This document shows positions 42,001 to 48,200 of a stretch of 64,000 bases of DNA, one piece after another. The stretch is from a virus (lineage: Duplodnaviria > Caudoviricetes). The position numbers and the translations under genes are program-made. A model generated the notes under the pieces. That model worked only from the letters and a program-made list of their open reading frames with translations, did no database searches and had not been told where the DNA came from. The stretch lies in IMG/VR virus record IMGVR_UViG_3300050509_000509, positions 1 to 64,000 of that record. One strand, given 5' to 3'. Within the stretch, counting starts at the first letter, position 1; each line of letters begins with the position of its first letter.

Positions 42001-42548
42001 ATAAAAGGATGCTCCTGTTGCCATTTTGTATAATAGTTAGGAAAATCGTTCTCAAGATTTTTGAGCCACCTGTCGATGTCAGCACCAGTTTCTGTATTCC
42101 AGGGCTGCCCGGATCCGATAGAAGCTACAGTATCCGGAATTGCTGTAACAGTGTTCCAGAATGTTCCCGCCGCGAAAGCACCTGTCTTGACAAGTGCATT
42201 TGCCCATTTATTATACCATGGTTGGGCTTTACCGAAAGCCTCCTCGCTGTCCTCTCCAGGGAGTATTGATCTATATCTTGGGTTGAATACTTCGGATGCA
42301 CTGAAAGAAGGTATACGACCAGGCGTAAGTTTATCCTGAGTTCCAAGAACCGAGGCATTGAATTGCTCCATGAATCTTTCGGAGTTCTCTGCAGGCGTAA
42401 AATCACCTGTTCCTGGAATAGGAATGGGAGCAATATTGGGTACCTCGAACCCACCAGGAGAAGGTAGGTCTTCAGTGAGGAACCCAGGGTCGCGCTGTTG
42501 GGAAAGGATATCCCCTTCCCTGAGTATATTCTCTTCTGGTAAGGCCAT
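30096..42548 (-). CDS. Virion-packaged DNA-dependent RNA polymerase polyprotein (4150 aa)
   Basis: GFRIPTQ...AGSDFDIDK catalytic DxDxD motif as in crAss-like virion RNAPs; zincin-like YHEAFE; C-terminal IVKGERTSTTR ASCH-like domain. Confidence 0.9.
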   Translation of the reverse strand: MALPEENILREGDILSQQRDPGFLTEDLPSPGGFEVPNIAPIPIPGTGDFTPAENSERFMEQFNASVLGTQDKLTPGRIPSFSASEVFNPRYRSILPGEDSEEAFGKAQPWYNKWANALVKTGAFAAGTFWNTVTAIPDTVASIGSGQPWNTETGADIDRWLKNLENDFPNYYTKWQQEHPFMSAVPFSGGFANFWGDKFLKNLGFTIGAIGGAVATDLIVAAATKGIGEIPLVANQIGRAALYLNKIFTGADKVSDLMALGQAVGRTPQQLVQLESLARAAAATRALNGTRYALALYGSAASEAGFEAREGYNTVREELLTAYQRENGYSATGKELEDIERYAKAAGNTRFGINLVLLGISNAIQFETFLKPFTAAKAGFRSSIQKELSASQIGLREGSIDVFEKVVPSTVAGKIWSKIRPVAPSIFSEGIFEEGGQYATQIGTENYYVRNYLYDKGIPGTQYMKDETPWDARSQMNNIMHSISEGMEGAYGTDSGLESVFLGAITGALTGGVQNVLSKSRNDQERMAVLNLLNSQGITGTIRNNYDAAVKSQRIAEDMKEAARNNDVFKYKNFQHEQFVNFVVSGLRANRFDVRIEQLNMLKDMSDEEFKKAFGLDKTTENVRTVTEYVDALRNEAISIRDTYNLIENTFTNPFAYKSRAANAEQSLENEKYHQFNQWKDELVYLARVLPEATRREGTIALAISAITPAVSPQAVRMLTNRDSVKRYINRLKEEAGVLQRALDDKTSPDREADTKRANLLNKHLKALESALSEKELSGDKYARIFADILTFIANGETDEPRVTIPQEAVNQLIQYGIDLNRLEKMKQAANEAFEKLSSEEGFNKYFNTITREQQKASTPPQPATAPVAPAPAKATTQQTTPTSVIVKSPQNQQFIFDQDAWYFVNIDPNPAVNPERVKVRGQNPNGVVIEKEDGSTAVVPNDVFFREDKFTEDINEEVDDATTKDGSAPPPNDQPGNVVVGEDKKDLAFGLYSTTDPTYNVRTTPDDNFQRRHQNFLFNLGSSNPELFNQENKGKLRIIPITAKTQELFGFPEDWITDKGDDPNNSSIRAVYVVDMNVDPQKAHDEIIAALTQRQPEMPGTFKMWEVNSDFIDFIYQQAVGLTQEGADYGTPARDEMIKLTGSEELLDKIIALREGRELYYVDENGNVLSQITREANPNRLIYTNLASTDITFQNGPRYTNKENLDEKKVQDWWREKRAEILAVDSVEGTPIFQFYVSRGRPNVANYDTRNSVVESKLIREEDMDLPIITVATQGNVAVLGAYNASGEGISAAKAGINMPLGTPLLNFGGNLEFLNTRKLTQSEAANIFELLKVISDRSSTENKSALFKFLNKVVYLANPKKGIMAGPNSITIDGSSLFLGTSKDPIQLAPASLDLHRGRIVDFLNDLYHVTNNSELLRIARNPKANDLEFAELDVYDGKVKVARRWKNYNYYLLSSKAPDGKNRGEPPLTTHIVVPMEGEVPIVQKYSVLKGIDFDSHLYARASGQPTSSPTPPPIQPQQPIPQQAAQTQGVGGAAEKLQWVEVDLGGSLVKLVFKDVVRDAQDNIIDLTPVGIIEEGKPIKPFTKPEVVKQIILDNIRKSQIKKDDTNSGNDMPWLGGNGGKKEGDDQYRAFNPANNDYKRANLAEEFKEFHRIIPDDILIRQTDHLLRTTSGGFAWGALRDKMVYIYKHAEVGTVYHEAFEVIWNHFLSGSEQQDIYNEFLRRDGTFKTFTGQTKNFSEASLKEAKEQIAEEFRDYKLNGTLPQGPKAKSFLRRLLDFIKRIIFGDEYDVNLLFKRMNQGYYRNYSTPLRDTAESAFREVGLEQFSEAFVQDVLQGMTIEMFQQAYREASDIVSNIEEGGGAASWILYEKLRSRLVHYFEQTDPKYGDTLAAEFNDRYKRLTKDDDREAMRNQIRSILENWQRIKDNWPSFTREHKRYMRVFNVEFVIDDEGNIAFSEEVEEDVVGDSANQVEYDRDIFRIDAKNSASLKVKLLIATMADSYWQQATAASIGAARNPQLIGIKRDNSLMFLPKQVQYAKVFNYMLHNTSNINGLYDIVKRLKEMTSDREHRKPIDANVQRLINRLSFDRGFEGKTPNQAKLLLSLENTLSKQKPEFFRQFVDFQRNTFFKTSVLNSKIDQIKQAWIADIKGSGIVMASRENVFIFSPSVIGIADNLRFLSKVGIDIEKKEYDRLSARDQAKFNKAVNNIKSLIEKAAREKTQIPIMSAKHMDFDSRLSDLAEIYVTNITGDDTQSQHPNLDNEPTSNFVLNNFVSTVLNDANSSATRDEFLSKKEMGYFNDIFHEDSWLLNSVIFDADGKFNRAVQLGVVEGRETWNQDNRSASKLTEAERQLYEINNNLNGVFYTLLPADAKTEWAINSGTFLNAQNFFGDDSSRSNEITRLTKLMYNWLDTEVELAKGYGDRTDIVALNRKIADRTVGNSLRFFKDILPKEIVDKIHISVIDNEHPLDRIITEEQLRPIIREFAERKAEAVLNNLIDWKIIGISGTDGNEYRLNGFDRTFLDTYLGKRQHFTRTEVVRLLGFREMNYIVNNIELHKFFFGDPAQYKDELKRIKSFLSGREVMHVDTLETSEGFDQWANTALNMVNNEVLLKEGDPGWHHFGEFATTITVFDIDFESNQIDEIEDAIGAEKAKPYRKGNEADAQAYLSNTAYREILWKSGGRFTNVQERQFQWELAWERQDRAKEGLYTYTSDSLRAADNELLKAPADTTVEFPILKLVHSGMQVVNGNALASLDKASWAPLFYRWVKGTKLGTLYNRMQEDGIDYVRMESAHKVGIQRDGLVSLYDTNGNINGLAISKAIPEYIPHKFMGVQVEQSKKSKGQTEGSQARKMVTADLMSNGVPIDYISQFSTEDEAYDSWNKLEEKEKLRSSAIYKKVKRHDDAIERLTWARVDDTMRKLGITMVNDQPVINDRQRVSEFLLGELERRELPRNIAYGLEIDPATGDFAQPLEANAQYKKIRDILYSVMDRTIMRPTVNGGQKTLLAVTGWEKGARVIKRMVNGKPVYTSDTLKFYTRGEDKTVGCEIMLPYWFGKKLLEQGSLRTKEEVIKYLNTTKEGQRLLRGVGFRIPTQGPNSIDFFTVKDFLPEQMGSVAIFPSEITVKAGSDFDIDKINMYLYNFYVDNATGYPKMVEWKGSIEKTKEYIGQLLDSGNVITRQQKEELDRIIAEETEDLDENNLLMRIPAVMAMFTDEAITRDFLGKTKEFLTSKLTMQAMENEFFDAIEDLMSLPEKYASLVAPNDASDLKDLRDKLKKIKGLDTQENSLGDYGRLVDSMYMMQERQAYMASKGVVGTSAVSQTAHAVSQNMQGGLIIEDPSIEARFAANYINGKLTLSGLHIAGTNKLISNINSQTTDGGVDVSKDKFLAEMGITSDTLKNFLSLVRMGASPEWAVLYINQPSIQEFLKLKAIHNSVSSINPRIIRLPDWRLLNRVYAKFGGVSKDRKELKNKPKRYTIEQMTEMIRAIAQGEQLNAAQKKLQLMILDDYTRFNRAVGRYEGYEALAWDLFHFYQGYNWDTARLNDPNAIRLKQLRFDKANGLPISPVTKVMSSTFIGAMKRSTERLDRALRTLIGVQTGQGGDILDKIAWDLFNQVGLNEQLRRSLLLAAELAMVDYLIQTRSNIAGQSLNTFIYPLMLGDKAVARYIRALQKSNDKRLANNPFIKNLIASIDSRQGYPSVINLLERDYDTYTSNVWTDAFREMKDDVTVISINNNEADDRTVAQIYKNLVLAALIQSGSKRGSNSISHLIPNVTYSEFTQQSLKNQQFENFYNNYTFYRALWTNNRLVPQVEMEQLDPQDPTSPLIYTYLRSAKITEALKEITQLEKPGNVLNLQAWKYKGFRAVKILDPLRDEKGVFIGVIPRLFVRVDTFGDFGRAPLSVTKGRILFREINAWGDATTQEFYAEAKPSVLPLNPKVQEYTDDALIYALSRAGFPTNTSDQMLFDIVRKYEGDDDPSEDDQGNRSPDPNMPDAPLKIVETDPNHLPLPEPMDFPMPAALNIIGKDTTTFDQIVKGERTSTTRSYWHNVAKGYIPNAMEMKGKTLTFGSPDGRIVSVEVIDVHKITKEDLKNKEFMEQWSQKENWTVAHLKNQKFVGSYQVEFRLSRPSGDDIQNKIDNCIKPS

Positions 42549-45205
42549 TACTTATTTTTCTGGAGTAAAGCGTCAATATATTGATCGTTCACCATACCGA
42601 GAAACCTGGTTATCTGTGCCTCGGATAGGAGCTGACCAAAGTTAGCGGTTTTTTCTGTCCACTGCTTTGTGTCTTTATCATATACGTATAGCTTGGCCTG
42701 AAGACCGCCATTCTTAAGTGGCTCTTCGACGTGGTACATTACTCCATACTTCTTGAGAGAATTGTTGCGAAGTGTAAAAGCCGATGATCTGCCCGTTCCA
42801 TCAACATCTGTTGTTACGCGTCCTGTGCCTCGTGTAAGTTGAAGTGCTTCACGAATGGCCTGGAAGTTATCAAGGAATTGATTGGCACCAAATAGATCTT
42901 GGGCCTGTGCCTTACTAATATCTACCTCGACTGGTTTATCTCTGACTGTTGTATTGCTTGCTCTGAGAGCATAGCGATCTCCGCCATAAGACATGAGTGA
43001 GTAAGTAGTATTGCCAGCATTTGCTTTGTTCAGCATGGAAGATAGATCGTCCTGATCATAGAGAGGATTTGGATTTTCCTTACCTTCCTTTGCAATACTA
43101 TTGAGCAGATTCACTACAACCGCCTGTGTACCACCCTGATCCTCCTGTTTGAACGCTTCTACCACAAAGGAAGTAGGTTGGTCCGCACCTACAATGCTTC
43201 TCACTGCATTGTTCATATAGGTATTACGGTTGTTTATGATGGCCCTGGCTCTGGTATTTATACTCTCATTCACACTATTCAGCCGGTTGTAAATCTCCCT
43301 CTCTGGTCCGAACATACCGGCGCTACTATTACGTTCCATAGTCTTGGCAATACGTTGCTCTGATGGTGTCATGATTTGACGCGCTCTTGCCCAGTCTATT
43401 TCGTTGTATGGTACACCCTTTTCATCTCTGCGTTTCCTCATTACCTGTTCCAGCTTGCTATTGAAATCTACCTGCTGCTGAGCATTCCATACCTCCCCCC
43501 CTCCAATATCCAATGGTTTGACATTCTTTAAGAGATCTTTAGTATTCCATACCTGATCTGCTTCTCCTTGCAGCCCATTTATTGCAGCTTTTCTATTCTG
43601 TACACGCCTATCAGTAGTAGAGAGGTTGTCAAAATAAGTCTTCACTCCATCAGGAACTTGTTCTCCTCTATCGTACGACTCCTTGAATTTGAGAATAGTA
43701 GCCTCTGCCTCATTCTTTATGAGGTTTGGATCCTTCCCAGTCACATTATATTCGTATCTGGGTGATGTTCCATCCGGATTACGTACTACCTTGACTAGGT
43801 CTGGTCTGGCCTGTGCGAGCAATGCCATCTTCTGTGTTTCAATGCCCTGCTCCATCTGAGATGTCTCATCAACAAATTTACTGGTGTTGATAGCTTCCAA
43901 TTGTTGCTGGTCAATAGCCTCTCTGATAGCAGCTCCGGTGAGAGTAAGAGGTGCTCCATCAGCCCCAATCCCCTTTTTCCTCAGCTCTGCCTCAGCCTTC
44001 ATACGCTCAATACCCAGTCTTTCACGATCTATATCTACACGCTGAGCTTCCAGACCTATCCTGGCAGCTTCAAACTGTTTATTGACCAGGAATTCCTGGA
44101 ATTTAATGTCATTCTCTCTTTTGCGCTCAGCAGCCATGAAATAAGGATTCTCTTTGTAAGTGAGTGCATTTTCTGCATAGGCAAAGCCATCCCCAAATCT
44201 GGTAAGCCAATTCTGCATATATAGGTTAGCCTTGTAACCTTCAAGATTACTATCTATGGATTGTATATCCTTACGATAATCATTCTGATATTGAGTTGCC
44301 CTCTCTCTGAGAGAGGCGATGCGTGCATCTACCTGAGCAACATGATTTGGATCTCCCTGGTTGGTCTGCCTATCTACCATAAGCCCTTTGATGGCATCAT
44401 TGATCTGCTCCAGCCTGTAGGTATAGCTGGCATCAGATACCTGCTTCATGGTATTCTTATCGTAATCCTTGTAGTTGTATGCACCATCAATACTGAGCTG
44501 CTGCATGTCGTTCGGGTCCAGTGATGCACGAATGGCTGCCTGTATACGCTCCGGAGTTATTCCTTTTACAGATTTCTCCATCATAGCAAAGTCTATTTCT
44601 GGCAATCCATCCTTACCTAACAGAATATTTCCATCACGCCCGCGTTTGTATGGGATATCTTCTAATGTGGAATTGGGATCTAAATCCTTGATCACTCCGA
44701 GTACTTTCTTATTGACATCTGTAAATGGAGTATAATCTCCATTAAACACAGATGAAATGTCTCCATCAGATAGCCAGTTATTGACCTGCTTTTGGAAGTA
44801 CCACTCATTCGAAGGCGAAGAAGCTCCTTTGGATTGAGCCTCTTTCATCTTTGCCATTCCTGCTTTATATCGACGTGTAGATTGCTCAGCCCCCTGTATG
44901 ATAGGATCACTGGCTATTTTGGATGTGAGTACACCCACAGAATTTACCAGTTGCTGATTGGAGAAATCACGCTGAACGATCTTACTTACTTCTCCCTGCA
45001 ACTGCATAGTACGCTTCTGTAAATAGTCTTTCTGCTCAGGCTTGATTACTTCAATACCTGCAACAGAATCTATATAAGATTGGACCTTCCTTACCCCTTC
45101 ATTGTACTGCATCTGCTTTGCCATGCCTACGCGCACATAGTCATCTACAGGCAGCTGTGAGATATAAGGATTGAATGGTATAAGTTGGTCTGTAAATGAT
45201 GCCAT
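42548..45205 (-). CDS. Virion cargo/ejection protein (885 aa)
   Basis: Helical, Gln-rich; directly upstream of the RNAP gene. Confidence 0.65.
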   Translation of the reverse strand: MASFTDQLIPFNPYISQLPVDDYVRVGMAKQMQYNEGVRKVQSYIDSVAGIEVIKPEQKDYLQKRTMQLQGEVSKIVQRDFSNQQLVNSVGVLTSKIASDPIIQGAEQSTRRYKAGMAKMKEAQSKGASSPSNEWYFQKQVNNWLSDGDISSVFNGDYTPFTDVNKKVLGVIKDLDPNSTLEDIPYKRGRDGNILLGKDGLPEIDFAMMEKSVKGITPERIQAAIRASLDPNDMQQLSIDGAYNYKDYDKNTMKQVSDASYTYRLEQINDAIKGLMVDRQTNQGDPNHVAQVDARIASLRERATQYQNDYRKDIQSIDSNLEGYKANLYMQNWLTRFGDGFAYAENALTYKENPYFMAAERKRENDIKFQEFLVNKQFEAARIGLEAQRVDIDRERLGIERMKAEAELRKKGIGADGAPLTLTGAAIREAIDQQQLEAINTSKFVDETSQMEQGIETQKMALLAQARPDLVKVVRNPDGTSPRYEYNVTGKDPNLIKNEAEATILKFKESYDRGEQVPDGVKTYFDNLSTTDRRVQNRKAAINGLQGEADQVWNTKDLLKNVKPLDIGGGEVWNAQQQVDFNSKLEQVMRKRRDEKGVPYNEIDWARARQIMTPSEQRIAKTMERNSSAGMFGPEREIYNRLNSVNESINTRARAIINNRNTYMNNAVRSIVGADQPTSFVVEAFKQEDQGGTQAVVVNLLNSIAKEGKENPNPLYDQDDLSSMLNKANAGNTTYSLMSYGGDRYALRASNTTVRDKPVEVDISKAQAQDLFGANQFLDNFQAIREALQLTRGTGRVTTDVDGTGRSSAFTLRNNSLKKYGVMYHVEEPLKNGGLQAKLYVYDKDTKQWTEKTANFGQLLSEAQITRFLGMVNDQYIDALLQKNK

Positions 45206-45209
45206 TTCT

Positions 45210-48200
45210 TTACTTTTTATTCAGTGGAGGTACAGTCATAAGCGGTAGATTTCTACGTTTCATTTCCAGATCCAGCGCTCTTTGCATCTCTCTGAGATCA
45301 AAATCATCATATTCTGTATAACCTTTCACGTTACCCTGTGCATCATATCTGGTTACTGTACGCAAATCAGGAGTCTGATTAGCTGCCCGATTTCCTGAGA
45401 AATTGAATAATGCATTAGGACCAAAGTAGGTGGCCTTCAGACCGCCATCTTCTTGGGGCACGAATCTATAATCATACAGATTTTCGTAAGCTGCCAGACG
45501 CTTGTTTTCATATCTATTCTGCATATACTTACTCGATAGACTGTTCACAATCATCTGGTTTGTTGCACGAGTATTACTACGTGCCTGCGACTGACGTACC
45601 ATCTGAGTATCAGCCAGTGCCAGGTTCTTCAGATTGGCATCATTGAGTAATGCTACATTCTTGTTGGTTACATCACTGGCTATTGCCTGGTTAGTTCTAA
45701 ACTCCTCACCTTTTACGTTAGTATCAGCAGCATATTTTTGAGCAGCAAGTTCTCCGAGAGAGGATGGATTTTGTGCTCCGACAGCCCTGCGCAGGGCATT
45801 AAATGAGTTCTGATTTGCATTCAGCCTATCCTGGAAGCTTACCTGGTAGGGTTGATAGAGTTGTGGTTCATACCGCTGTGTAGGTACGGGCTCTACACTA
45901 TTGGTAGCTGCTGCATATATCTCTCCAAGGAGCTGGTTTATATGCAGCGGTTCTACATTGCTGGGCAGATTTACATCATCTGGTGGATTCAATGGATCAT
46001 ATGGCGGTTCCACTGTACCAGGTCTGGGTCTTTGTGCACCTGGAGTGAATCCAGGCACATTAGGAAGATCATATGGGGTAAATGGAGGTGCCACAGAAGG
46101 AGTTTTAGCCCCTGGGCCATATCGAGTACCTTCACCTTGTTTCATGGTACCAACCATGAGTTCGAACTCAGCAGGACTCAAATCACCTACTTTTGCATTA
46201 CTTAATGCACTCAAGTCATACTTATAAGGATGTTTGCCAGTCCATTTATGAATGGCCTTATCAATAGGCAAATTCTTGTACTCAGAACTTTTCAAAAGGG
46301 TACGCATTGCCTTATCGCCAGCTTCTTTGTTAGGGAAAACAGCGAAGTTCCCACCATCATCAGCAGGTGGGCCTTTTATGGCACCCATTTTCTTGGCAAA
46401 TTTGCCCCATTTGATATTACCTGGATTGTTATTGCGATCCGCCATTGTGGGATCATTTATAGCTCCTCCTGCCTGGTAGTACCCCTTACCTTTTACTTTC
46501 TTTCCCTTCTTGGCTTTTGCCATTCTGCCAGCCGAGAGCTTTTCAGCATCCAGTCCAAATTCATCTGCTGTGTCCAACATTGCTTTCTGTAAAGCAGAAA
46601 GACTCTCCTTCTTCTGTGCCAGATCACGTTGACCCAGCTCTCCGCCTTGCATCATTACCATGCCTGAATTGAACTTCAGCTTCTCGAATTTATTGGAAGG
46701 GTTGGCTTCATTGACATACTTGGATCCACTTGTTTTCAATCTATCGTAGTGTTGCTCCTTCTTGGCAATCTCTTTAGCGACAGTTTTGAACTTAGTTCTT
46801 GTACCAGGCAGGTACATATTGCCAAATATATTCAGGTTACCTTCTGTATCCTGCGCAGCATATTCTCCACCTTCAACTTCTACAGGTGTACCATTATAGT
46901 GCATACCGATCCCACCGTTATCATGAGAAGCACCTTGAAACTCTACTGTGCCACCATCGTAGGGATTGTATGATGCAAGCTTGGAGTTGCCACCCCACAT
47001 AGTTCCTATTTGTCCGCCATCATCATAGATCACACCCCCTTTTTTAAGGCTGGCTGTAGCCCCTGCGATAGGAGGAGTAGGAGCACTTAAATAGGATGGT
47101 CTCATCGCAAGGTCACCTCTCTCAGAGAAGGATACCTGCCGTGTTTTTGGATCATACTTGTATTCTCTACCATAGCTCTTTGTACCCTCTGTGTTGCTTA
47201 CGCCAACAGAAGGAGTAAGCTGGAGACTTGCAAAGCGTCTTCCATAATTCAGATTCCTTACATCATTTTCACCTTCTTTGGTACCATATAATGGTTGACG
47301 ACCCTGCTGCACATTGTAGGAATTCACATCCTGTAATGCTCCAACATATTCATTATAGTCCTCAGGATTGAGCGTAGACTGAACTTCAGCAGGTGTCAGA
47401 TAATCATCAAATGGAGTATCCTGCACATACTTCTCTGCACCAGCCATATCTCCTGTCCTTCTCAGACCTGTAAGACCTGTGAAATAATCTTTGAACCCTT
47501 GAGGATTCTTTGCTTTCAACTTGTCATTTAGAATGTTCTTGAAATGACCCAGTCTGGCGCTCGCCTGATAATATTTTTCCTGCGCAGAAAGTTGGGGCGC
47601 GCCAGGTGCTGTATTATTCACCTGAGTACCCATCTGGGCCTTACCAGCAGCTACCATTCCAAAGTATTGTTTCTGCTTCTTGGTGAGTTTCTTACCGCTT
47701 GCTGTACCATCTCTGAGCATCTCTTTTGCTTTTGCTGCACTCAGGCCCGCGCGAGCCATTGGATATTCCATAACTCCATCCGCATTGAAGTTATAATCCT
47801 GTCCAGGCATCATCATCATTTCCTCTCCTAAGGAGCCTTTTTGAATAGGACGTGCCATTATAGGTTGAGAGACTCCCTGCATAGTAATATTACCACCAGG
47901 TATAATATTGTAAGGATTGTTAGCAGTTGCACTACCATCGAGATAGCCAGTATTATTGATTGGACCTCCCTGTTGGTACTGTAACCATTGCTCAAAAAGA
48001 TCTGTGTTGGGGTATCGAGGACCTACTTCACGGAATTCTCTACCATTCCAGTTGACCTGACCGCCTTCTTTATACTGAATCCACTGTTCAAGCAAATCAG
48101 TATTTGGATACCTGGCAGGCACCTCACGAAACTCTTTTCCTGTCCAATTTACCTGACCGCCATCTTTGTATAGTAGCCACTGTTCCATCAGGTCAGCATT

